Notes: generated from the letters alone by a model not told the origin. DNA of 46,694 nucleotides from an uncultured Candidatus Peribacteria bacterium (GCA_964459435.1 CAYWLU010000003.1:1-46694); one strand, 5' to 3'. Positions 7,461-15,439 are shown, numbered from the stretch's first letter. A program made the numbers and translations.

Positions 7461-8447
7461 ATGACCTCAGAAAAATGGAACGTTCTCGGACTTTTGCGCG
7501 AAAAGATAAAAGCTAAAGGTGGTGCTGTTTCTTGTCACGCACATTTTGATAAAGCCTATGTTATTACTCCAGAAACTCTTCAAATGTGTAATGAGCATAT
7601 GGAGGTAAAATGGGATTTGTGGAAGAAAGTTAAGGAAGAATATACTAGAGAGAATTTAGTGGAGAGAATTTCGTTGAGTGCGGAAAAGATGATTGCTCAA
7701 GGTTGTGATGCAACTCGTACCAATATAGATGTAGATAATACGGTGGGGATGATGTGTATTGAGGCAGCGTTGGAGGTAAAAGAAAAATATAAAGATAAGA
7801 TAGACCTTCAGATTTGTTCACAAGTGTTAGAAGGAGCAATGACTAAAGAAGCTCAAGAATGGATAGAAAAAGCGGCTAAATATGTAGATGTGCTTGGTGG
7901 ATTACCTTCACGAGATAGACCTAATCAGGAAGAACACCTAGCCTATCTTTTTGATGTTGCCAAGCGACATAACAAAACGGTGGATGTGCATATTGACCAA
8001 AACAATGATCCAGAGGAACGAGATACTGAACTTTTAGCTAAATCCGTAATAAAACATGGTATGCAAGGGAAAGTAAATGCGGTTCACTGTTGCTCTTTGT
8101 CAGCTCAACCAGATGATTATATTCGAGATGTAGCTCAGATTATGAAAGAAGCAGATATGAGCGTTATTGTTTGTCCGCGAGCGATGATAGATAACCAACA
8201 GCCACGACATAAAACTGGACCAATCCATAACTCTATTGCTCCAGTACCTCATTTACTTGAAGCTGGGCTTAATGTTTGCTTGGGAGTAGATAATGTCCAT
8301 GATTATTTCTGTCCTTTTATTGATGGAGACCTTTTTACAGAACTTGTTTTCTTACTAGAAACTACTCGTTTCTACGAAGTAGATAAACTCGTAGATATTG
8401 CTACAGTTAATGGAAGAAAGGTTTTGGCAATGAGAAATGAAGAATAG
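7461..8447 (+). CDS. metal-dependent amidohydrolase, cytosine-deaminase (CodA)-like, lacking the N-terminal beta-sandwich
   Basis: SCHAHFDKAY (HxH), DVHIDQNNDP and CLGVDNVHDY blocks parallel the CodA metal ligands. Confidence 0.65.
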   Translation: MTSEKWNVLGLLREKIKAKGGAVSCHAHFDKAYVITPETLQMCNEHMEVKWDLWKKVKEEYTRENLVERISLSAEKMIAQGCDATRTNIDVDNTVGMMCIEAALEVKEKYKDKIDLQICSQVLEGAMTKEAQEWIEKAAKYVDVLGGLPSRDRPNQEEHLAYLFDVAKRHNKTVDVHIDQNNDPEERDTELLAKSVIKHGMQGKVNAVHCCSLSAQPDDYIRDVAQIMKEADMSVIVCPRAMIDNQQPRHKTGPIHNSIAPVPHLLEAGLNVCLGVDNVHDYFCPFIDGDLFTELVFLLETTRFYEVDKLVDIATVNGRKVLAMRNEE

Positions 8448-8578
8448 CTTAAAAGCTAAAAAGTCTAAAAGTTGAAAAGTAAAAAGATGACATTTTTTAT
8501 TGAAAGAAATAAATTTACCTTGCGTATTAGGGGGTGAAGTTTCAAATTTTATTTCTTATTTTTTAATCAACAAAAACA

Positions 8579-9169
8579 ATGAAAATTTCTAAAATCGGTT
8601 TTGTATCAGTTCTTTCTTTAATGACCATGATTATAATTACTTCCCAAACTTATGCTTTCGGAGGAGGAAGAGAAGGTGGTCGAGAAATGAACCAGGAACG
8701 TTTCGAGGAAATGAAACAACTCTTTCTAAATAACGACTTGGAATCTTTCAAGGCGGCTAGAGAAGAGCGACGTCAAAGTCATATGGAAGATCGAAAATCT
8801 TTTCGAGATAGTATTACCCGAGAAGTGAATAATATCGACAATGGAGTAGAAATGACTATTACCTCAAGTGATCCAGAAGTTGTAGAAAAACTTCAATCTA
8901 GAGAAGAAAAATCATCTTGTAACGAAGAAATTACAAAAGTACGAGAAAATATCACTAATGGGATTAGAATTACTATTACTTCAAGTGATTCAGATCTCGT
9001 AGAAAAAATTCAGTCTAGAAAAGAGGGGATGTCAGCTCGAGGTCAAAATGGCCGGGGAGGTCGAGGATCTAAAATGAGAGGAGGGGATGGTAGTGAACAG
9101 AATGATGGTTTTAGATCTAGAGCAAAACGAGGACAATGGAAAGGTGGAGAAGAGTTAAATACTCAATAA
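8579..9169 (+). CDS. secreted protein with internal duplication and Gly/Arg-rich tail
   Basis: Signal peptide MKISKIGFVSVLSLMTMIIITSQTYA; repeats VEMTITSSDPEVVEKLQSREEK and IRITITSSDSDLVEKIQSRKEG. Confidence 0.55.
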   Translation: MKISKIGFVSVLSLMTMIIITSQTYAFGGGREGGREMNQERFEEMKQLFLNNDLESFKAAREERRQSHMEDRKSFRDSITREVNNIDNGVEMTITSSDPEVVEKLQSREEKSSCNEEITKVRENITNGIRITITSSDSDLVEKIQSRKEGMSARGQNGRGGRGSKMRGGDGSEQNDGFRSRAKRGQWKGGEELNTQ

Positions 9170-9198
9170 ACATTTTTATCTTTCTCGTATAAATAAGG

Positions 9199-9227
9199 GC
9201 TCCCTAGTAAAAATAGGGAGCTTTTTT
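9199..9227 (+). terminator. intrinsic terminator
   Basis: GCTCCCT / AGGGAGC stem followed by TTTTTT. Confidence 0.75.
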
Positions 9228-9281
9228 CTTTCCAAAAAAACTGAAAGAAAATATTCTCTATTGTGTTTAAAGTAATGTTGC

Positions 9282-9848
9282 ATGAAAAAACAAGATTTTA
9301 CAGATGAGCAGTTAGTAGCAAAGTCTTTGGAAGACATAGCTTTTTTTGGTTCTTTAGTAGAACGGTACGAAAAGCCACTACTTAATTACGTTTTTAGAAT
9401 CTCCGGATTTAGTCTGGAAATTGCAGAAGAAATTTTGCAGGAAGTATTTATAAAGGTTTGGAAAAATCTAAATGATTTTTCTTCTCCCATGAAGTTCTCT
9501 AGTTGGATTTATAGGATTACTCATAATGAAACGATATCGACTTTTCGGAAGATAAAATCACGTGGAGAGCAAGAACAGGTAGAATTAGATGAGAGTTTGT
9601 TCTTACCAGGCAAGACTGACTTTACAAAGGAATTTGATCAAAAAATTTCTTCTGTAGCTATTAAGAAGATACTTTCTGTTCTTACTGAGAAATATAGAGA
9701 AGTATTAGTTCTTCGTTTCTTTGAAGATAAAAGCTATGAAGAAATTTCTGATATTCTGCAGATTCCATCAGGAACTGTAGCAACTCTCATTTCTCGCGCT
9801 AAGATTAGTTTTAGAGAGACATCGGCTCGTCTTAATTTAAATTTTTAA
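9282..9848 (+). CDS. ECF-type RNA polymerase sigma factor
   Basis: Region 2 (EVFIKVWKNL..SSWIYRITHNETIS) and region 4 HTH (SYEEISDILQIPSGTVATLISRAK). Confidence 0.85.
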   Translation: MKKQDFTDEQLVAKSLEDIAFFGSLVERYEKPLLNYVFRISGFSLEIAEEILQEVFIKVWKNLNDFSSPMKFSSWIYRITHNETISTFRKIKSRGEQEQVELDESLFLPGKTDFTKEFDQKISSVAIKKILSVLTEKYREVLVLRFFEDKSYEEISDILQIPSGTVATLISRAKISFRETSARLNLNF

Positions 9849-9857
9849 TTTTTAATA

Positions 9858-10679
9858 ATGAATCCTACAAAAATCTCCGATTCCGTTCTCAAAAAAATAA
9901 AAACCCAAAATATAGCTCCAAAAGCTAAATGGAAATTCTTAGCTAAAAATACTTCCTTTTGGATTTTATTTGGCTTATCAGTACTACTTAGTGCTGTTGG
10001 AGTATCTGTAGTTATTTTTGCTTTCATGGAAACGGATTTTGATCTTTTCTCCTATTTAGATGGATCTGGAATCCAAAGGTTTTTCAGTCTTTTACCTATT
10101 TTTTGGATTTTGTTCTTTGCGATCTTTATTGGTGTAGCATTGTTAGGGTTGAGAAAAACCAAAGGGGGATATAAGTTTTCTATTTCTAAGTTACTACTTG
10201 TTAATATGGTTTTAGGAATTTTTTTAGGAACTTTTGCTTATAACCTAGGGGGAGCAGAACAATTTGAGAATATTTTTGCGAACAATGTTAGGTTCTATCA
10301 CGGAATACGAGACCAACGGATAAAGCGTTGGGCTCGTCCAGAAGGAGGAAGACTTGCTGGGGAAATTATAGAAATAAAAGCTGATAAGATTTTTCTTTTA
10401 GATGATTTTGATCAAAAAGAGTGGATAGTAGATGCTAAGAATTTAATAAAAGAACCATTTCTCGAACTTATTCTGGGGATGAAAGTTAGAATGATTGGAG
10501 AAGAAATTTCTGGAAATAAATTCAAAGCAAAAGTTATTCAGCCTTGGCGAAGACGACCAGAAATAGATTCAAAAAGACCAAGAGGATTTAAGGAAGAAAG
10601 GAGTAGAATGCTGACACCAAGGTCTTTTATAGATAAAGAAATTTTTTCTGAAAGAAGTATGGATAAGTCTTTTGAATAA
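9858..10679 (+). CDS. membrane protein, putative anti-sigma factor
   Basis: Starts 10 nt after the sigma gene; short cytoplasmic N-terminus, several TM helices, extracytoplasmic C-terminal domain. Position-based call only. Confidence 0.4.
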   Translation: MNPTKISDSVLKKIKTQNIAPKAKWKFLAKNTSFWILFGLSVLLSAVGVSVVIFAFMETDFDLFSYLDGSGIQRFFSLLPIFWILFFAIFIGVALLGLRKTKGGYKFSISKLLLVNMVLGIFLGTFAYNLGGAEQFENIFANNVRFYHGIRDQRIKRWARPEGGRLAGEIIEIKADKIFLLDDFDQKEWIVDAKNLIKEPFLELILGMKVRMIGEEISGNKFKAKVIQPWRRRPEIDSKRPRGFKEERSRMLTPRSFIDKEIFSERSMDKSFE

Positions 10680-10691
10680 AAAAAGTGTTCA
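10670..10691. repeat. 22-bp direct repeat, left copy (TTTTGAATAAAAAAAGTGTTCA)
   Basis: Identical to 11241-11262; overlaps the stop codon of the preceding gene. Confidence 0.9.
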
Positions 10692-10804
10692 AAAAATAAA
10701 GACTAAAAAAACATAAAATAGTTTTTTGTTCCAGAAGATATCTTTGTTTTATAGATTATTTGTCCTTTAGAATGTAAGAAGTTTATTTTCTAACCCATAT
10801 TTAT

Positions 10805-11191
10805 ATGGAAACTTCTTTATTTCTCGCCAAGGTTTTCGGTATTCTTTTTACGGTAGTTGGACTTGGTTTTTTAATCAATTTCAAATCATATCAAAAGATA
10901 TACGATGATTTTTTTAAGAATTCGGCCATACTTTACATGGGGGGACTCTTGGCTCTAATCATGGGTATTCTCCTAGTTCTTTACCACAATGTTTGGGAAG
11001 GTGGTTGGGTGGTAATTATTACTGTTCTTGCTTGGATGTCGCTTATCAAGGGAGTTTGTTTGCTTGTTTTCCCAAATTGGTTTGTCAAAATGAAATTTTA
11101 CTTTAAGGGAACATTTTGTTGGGTTAGTGTTGTGCTTTGTTTGGTTTTAGGAGTTTTCCTTTTGTCTAAAGGATTTGCTATTACTTTCTAA
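10805..11191 (+). CDS. small integral membrane protein (4 predicted TM helices), function unknown
   Basis: 128-aa hydrophobic ORF with its own terminator, bracketed by the 22-bp direct repeats. Confidence 0.5.
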   Translation: METSLFLAKVFGILFTVVGLGFLINFKSYQKIYDDFFKNSAILYMGGLLALIMGILLVLYHNVWEGGWVVIITVLAWMSLIKGVCLLVFPNWFVKMKFYFKGTFCWVSVVLCLVLGVFLLSKGFAITF

Positions 11192-11216
11192 AGCTCATCT
11201 ATAAAAGATAAAAATC

Positions 11217-11246
11217 AGCAGGGGTTAATGCTCCTGCTTTTTTTGA
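11217..11246 (+). terminator. intrinsic terminator
   Basis: AGCAGGGG / GCTCCTGCT stem followed by a T run. Confidence 0.7.
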
Positions 11247-11262
11247 ATAAAAAAAGTGTTCA
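11241..11262. repeat. 22-bp direct repeat, right copy
   Basis: Identical to 10670-10691. Confidence 0.9.
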
Positions 11263-11375
11263 TAAGTATTATCTGAATATTAAATTATAGATAGTAGTAG
11301 GTTGTTTTTTCTTGACAAAAATACATTCTGGAAGAAGATTTTGTCAATTGGGTCAGTATTCTTATTAATTATTTA

Positions 11376-12248
11376 ATGAAAGATATTTTTGTTTCTACTG
11401 AGACTGGAAAACTTTGTTCTGTTGTTTTGGGCAGAGCTGAAACTTTGAATTTGACTGAAAATAATTTAATTTCTTTTCACTTAAAAGAGTCTTTTGAAAA
11501 AGCAGATTTTCCTGACAAAAATAAAGCAATAGAAGAATTTTCTGCTTTGGAACAAATTTTAAAAGAAAGAGTGGTGGAAGTTTTGCGTCCAGATATTTTA
11601 AATACTCCGGAACAACTTAATACTAGAGATATAGGATTTACTATAGGAAGCACTTTTTTTGTGTCTCGAATGAAAGTTTCTACTCGTCAGGAGGAAATAG
11701 TTGGTATTGAAAAGTTTATACAAGAATTTTCAAAAGTAGTTCGTATTCCCGAAGGGGCTATTTTAGAGGGAGGAGATATTATTACAGATAAAGGGTTTGT
11801 TTTTGGGGGAGTAGGGTCAAGGACTAATGAAGAAGGTTTTAAATGGCTTAAGAATTATTTAGAAAATAATGAATTAGGGACAGATTTTAAATTAATACCT
11901 ATTTTTATTAAAAATCCTGTAATCGGGGAGGTTTTGCATTTAGATTGTGCTTTTATGCCTGTAGGAGAAAATTTGGCTTTGATTTATCGACCAGCTTTTG
12001 CAGATGGAATTCCAAAGGAAATAACAGATAATTATCGTTTGATTGAAGTTACAGACGAAGAACAAAGGAATCTTGGGACAAATGTTTTGAATTTAGATAA
12101 GCATACGGTTGTTTGTCGACCGGAATCTGTTCGACTAAACGAGTTACTACAAAAAGAGGGAATGAATGTGATCCCTCTTTCTTTTAATGAAAATTCAAAA
12201 ACAGGGGGTAGTTTTAGGTGTGCAACGCTACCTTTGATAAGAAGGTAA
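11376..12248 (+). CDS. guanidino-group modifying enzyme fold (DDAH / amidinotransferase / arginine deiminase-like)
   Basis: VLHLDCAFMPVG block and C-terminal catalytic-Cys motif GGSFRCATLPL. Confidence 0.65.
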   Translation: MKDIFVSTETGKLCSVVLGRAETLNLTENNLISFHLKESFEKADFPDKNKAIEEFSALEQILKERVVEVLRPDILNTPEQLNTRDIGFTIGSTFFVSRMKVSTRQEEIVGIEKFIQEFSKVVRIPEGAILEGGDIITDKGFVFGGVGSRTNEEGFKWLKNYLENNELGTDFKLIPIFIKNPVIGEVLHLDCAFMPVGENLALIYRPAFADGIPKEITDNYRLIEVTDEEQRNLGTNVLNLDKHTVVCRPESVRLNELLQKEGMNVIPLSFNENSKTGGSFRCATLPLIRR

Positions 12249-12270
12249 TTATTTTTAGTTTTGTGTATTA

Positions 12271-12298
12271 TTGACAGAATATTACGAATAAATATTAT
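12271..12298 (+). promoter_or_regulatory. near-consensus sigma-70 promoter (TTGACA-N16-TATTAT)
   Basis: TTGACA at 12271-12276, TATTAT at 12293-12298; an ATG follows 6 nt later. Confidence 0.6.
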
Positions 12299-12304
12299 AA
12301 AACT

Positions 12305-12427
12305 ATGGAAGGAGATATGTGTCGAACAAATATTATTTTTGAAACTTTCTTAAAAGAAGGGGGTACTCCTGCATATTTAAATTATCTAACATGGTGGAAT
12401 AAGTTATTATGGTGCATAACAAATTAA
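12305..12427 (+). CDS. 40-codon small ORF (MEGDMCRTNIIFETFLKEGGTPAYLNYLTWWNKLLWCITN); candidate peptide substrate or leader peptide
   Basis: Below the 60-aa cutoff of the ORF track. Leaderless geometry from the promoter; a second ATG at 12317 is preceded by GGAGAT. Aromatic/Cys-rich C-terminus with tandem TGG TGG. Confidence 0.4.
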   Translation: MEGDMCRTNIIFETFLKEGGTPAYLNYLTWWNKLLWCITN

Positions 12428-12464
12428 TATTTAGCTTTAAAAGCTAAGAAATGTGCACCAAGAA

Positions 12465-12489
12465 GCATCTGAATTACAGATGTTTTTTT
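12465..12489 (+). terminator. intrinsic terminator between the small ORF and the radical SAM gene
   Basis: GCATCTG-AATTA-CAGATGT stem-loop followed by T7, 20 nt before the ATG at 12510. Confidence 0.65.
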
Positions 12490-12509
12490 ATTTTTAACTT
12501 ATTTTTATA

Positions 12510-14546
12510 ATGAAAAATTTATTACCAGAAAATGCGGGATCCGAATTAATTGAGATCCCTGTCGCAGAAACAAAATACTTAGATGTTCGAGGGAATCTAG
12601 AGGAAGTTCCTACTAGTCTAAGAAATTTATTGATTTCCTTGGAAGATAGTTCAGCTGATTCAGTTGAGTTGGACACAGATTACAGGAATGAATTTCTGAC
12701 ACTTGCCGGAAATGAAATATATGAAGCTAAATTATCTGAACTCATAGATTCTGAAAGTACTTCATATACTATAGCTGAATTTGATGAAAGCTATTTAGGT
12801 CATCATTCTCTCATAATAGTTAGACAACTTCTTCCATATCTAGAATCTATTGGAATTAGTGGTACGGTGTCTGATAACGGGGGGGAGCTGAACTTTCCTA
12901 CAGTAGGATATATAGCCTTTGATATTGATGGAAAAATTCAAATATGTGATGATTCCCGCCTTATAGACAAAGATATCTTTCATTATTTGTCTTGCCACAT
13001 AAGTCAGGATCTTGCTGTTGTAGTAAGGCGAAATAATCAGTTTATATATGCAAGTGATATATCAAGATTTGAAAAAACACCAAAAAGCAAAGAAGGAAAG
13101 AATGCTTTTTTAGGGGCAGATATTATTGAATTTCACTCAGTAGCTCCGAATTTCGGCTCTCAACTTGGATATCTATTTCAAAAAATAATTGAATCTTTTG
13201 AAACAGGTAAACTTGGTATGCTAGTTGTGGATCTTTATGGGCAAAATATTTTTAAAGACGAAGAAGGAAATGCAATACATCGTTTTGAAAGAGATAAATT
13301 TATTCCTTTAAAAGGAGATAATGGTGAATTATTAGGATTTATAGGAGTTGCCGATGTGTTTTTTCAAAATGTTGAAGAAAAACTTAGTCCATACGAAGGA
13401 GGTGAATATTCTATTACTCCGATAACCCAGTTGGATATACAAACAAAGGATTTTTCTAAGAGAGTTGCTGAAATCACTAGTGACAATCTTGTAGAAGAAC
13501 TTCTCGATGAGGGGATAACAAGTGAACGGAAAATACAAATAGTTCAGAAAATATTAAATAATAAAGATCAATATCAGGATGAAGTTTTAGAAATATCAGC
13601 AAAATTGAACAGAGAGCGTTTTGGTGGACGACTTAATTTATATGGGATTAGTTATATTTCGGATAAATGTGTTAATGATTGTACATATTGTGGACACCAT
13701 GCGCAGTTAAGAACAGATAGGGATACTTTAACTGAAGAAGAAATGAGGCTGGATTTCAGTGTTGTTTTGAATAATAAACCAGATGAATTTTGTATTCTTG
13801 CAGGAGAATATCCGGGAGGAATAGAAGATTATTGTCAGGCGCTAAGAGTCCTTAATACCATTGATGATGAAACGGGAAATAGTCTTCAACGCATATCATT
13901 AAATGTTGCGCCATTATCCGAAGATGGTTTTAAGACATTAGTTGCTGCTCATTCAGGAAAAATTCCACTTCAATATAGATTATTTCAGGAAACTTATGAT
14001 CAAGAGCAATATGCAAAATATCATAAAAAAGGACCAAAAAAGGATTTTCAGTTTAGAGCGGAGGCACAAGATAGAGCCTTGAAAGCTGGATTTGATGAAG
14101 TTGGTTTGGGGGTTTTAATGGGTCTAAATACTAGAAATAATCCCTATCTTAATTTCGGTCACGATTTTGAGATATTATCTCTTATAAGACATGCTTATAA
14201 ACTAAAGGAAGATCATGGAAAATTTCCATCTGGAATTTCGATTCCGAGACATCAGCCAGTATCAGGATATTCTTTTGAAACACCTAATCCTATAGATGAT
14301 GACTTGTATGTTTTTTATCATGCATTATTGAAATTAGTTTTACCAGAGACGAAATTAATAATTACAAGCAGAGAAACACAGGAGTTAATTCAAAGGGTTG
14401 AGCCTTATGTGAATATAAGAGATTTAGCTCCGCGTCCTGGAGTTGGTGGTAATTATAGATCTAGCACAAACTTCCAAAATGAATTGGGAGATGCACGAAG
14501 TGCTGCAGAAATAATTAAAGACTTAAAAGAAAGACTTCTTTTATAG
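12510..14546 (+). CDS. radical SAM enzyme: ThiH/HydG/NosL-type (aromatic amino-acid lyase family) C-terminal domain fused to an unknown ~370-aa N-terminal region
   Basis: SDKCVNDCTYCGHH (CX3CX2C), FQETYDQEQYAKYHKKGPKKDF, VGLGVLMGL and IITSRETQ parallel ThiH blocks. No motif recognised in residues 1-320. Confidence 0.75.
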   Translation: MKNLLPENAGSELIEIPVAETKYLDVRGNLEEVPTSLRNLLISLEDSSADSVELDTDYRNEFLTLAGNEIYEAKLSELIDSESTSYTIAEFDESYLGHHSLIIVRQLLPYLESIGISGTVSDNGGELNFPTVGYIAFDIDGKIQICDDSRLIDKDIFHYLSCHISQDLAVVVRRNNQFIYASDISRFEKTPKSKEGKNAFLGADIIEFHSVAPNFGSQLGYLFQKIIESFETGKLGMLVVDLYGQNIFKDEEGNAIHRFERDKFIPLKGDNGELLGFIGVADVFFQNVEEKLSPYEGGEYSITPITQLDIQTKDFSKRVAEITSDNLVEELLDEGITSERKIQIVQKILNNKDQYQDEVLEISAKLNRERFGGRLNLYGISYISDKCVNDCTYCGHHAQLRTDRDTLTEEEMRLDFSVVLNNKPDEFCILAGEYPGGIEDYCQALRVLNTIDDETGNSLQRISLNVAPLSEDGFKTLVAAHSGKIPLQYRLFQETYDQEQYAKYHKKGPKKDFQFRAEAQDRALKAGFDEVGLGVLMGLNTRNNPYLNFGHDFEILSLIRHAYKLKEDHGKFPSGISIPRHQPVSGYSFETPNPIDDDLYVFYHALLKLVLPETKLIITSRETQELIQRVEPYVNIRDLAPRPGVGGNYRSSTNFQNELGDARSAAEIIKDLKERLLL

Positions 14547-14830
14547 TTTTTGTACTAGAAAGCCCTGGGTAAGGCTTAATAAACTGCCCAGAGGTGATGT
14601 TTAATTTATGTTAGTTCTCTTAATAATTATAAAAAACCTGCTACACCACAAGGGGGAACTGCGGTCTTGAAAAATTAAATATTACAAAATAAGCCCCTCG
14701 ACTTTGCTCGGGGCACTCATTCGCCTGCTTTCTTTTACAAATGTATAACTTCCGATGATAGTGCTAGTGGTCGAAGACCATGAGCGACCGACCCTTCGGC
14801 CTTGAGCTATGTCGAAAGGAGGGAGTCGAA

Positions 14831-15013
14831 TGGTGGAGGTGGCGAGAATACTTCCTCACTTCGTTCGGTCGTTTCACCTCATTCAGAAATAGAGAGCGAG
14901 CTCTCTTTCTTCATTTCGGCTCATTGAACTCTGCGAGTTAAATTTCACTTCCTGCTACGCAGGAATAAAAAACAGGCCTATCCCCGCAAGGGGGACATGC
15001 CTATTTTTTTAAC
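14831..15013 (-). mobile_element. ~165-nt mini-element downstream of ssrA ending in a 19-nt direct repeat of the tmRNA 3' end
   Basis: TGGTGGAGGTGGCGAGAAT at 14831-14849 is identical to 15014-15032. A T-arm fragment CGCAGAGTTCAAT (reverse complement of 14924-14936) precedes a block (14850-14923) homologous to 4633-4708. Confidence 0.45.
14966..15002 (-). terminator. intrinsic terminator after tmRNA
   Basis: On the minus strand, AGGCATGTCCCC-CTTGC-GGGGATAGGCCT followed by TTTTTT. Confidence 0.7.
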
Positions 15014-15439
15014 TGGTGGAGGTGGCGAGAATTGAACTCGCGTCCAAAGAGGAAATCTATTTTTATCTACGAAGCCTAGTTCAGTTGGTTATTTCTCTTG
15101 ATTAGAACTGAACAAAAAACAAAAGAAGATGACCGAATATTTTCCTTAAAAAGTTGGTCAAACTTTATAAGTAAGGATCCTTAATTTTAGAAAGTAAAAG
15201 ACTATGGATCAACATCTAATACTTCCTGGCGAGCCAAAAGGCTCAAGCCAAGTTAGGCGTAAGCATAAGCTACTGGTGCTGGAGCAAAAGCTCTGGCAAC
15301 ATTTTTAGCAAAATTGCTTACACGTGCAACAAATAAATTTTTTGCATTTAAGTTTGTTCATCGGATATACCGGCAGATGAACGTGCCGAACTCGCAAAAA
15401 ATAAATTTCTAAATCTCTCTGTCAAAGCCGAGCACCCCC
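15014..15439 (-). ncRNA. ssrA: tmRNA (one-piece), 426 nt
   Basis: 5' GGGGGTG pairs with 3' CACCTCC-A-CCA, including a G3:U pair; GGCTTTGACAG near the 5' end; T arm GCGAG-TTCAATT-CTCGC. The tag frame ends GCT TAT GCT TAC GCC TAA (..PVAYAYA). Confidence 0.9.
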
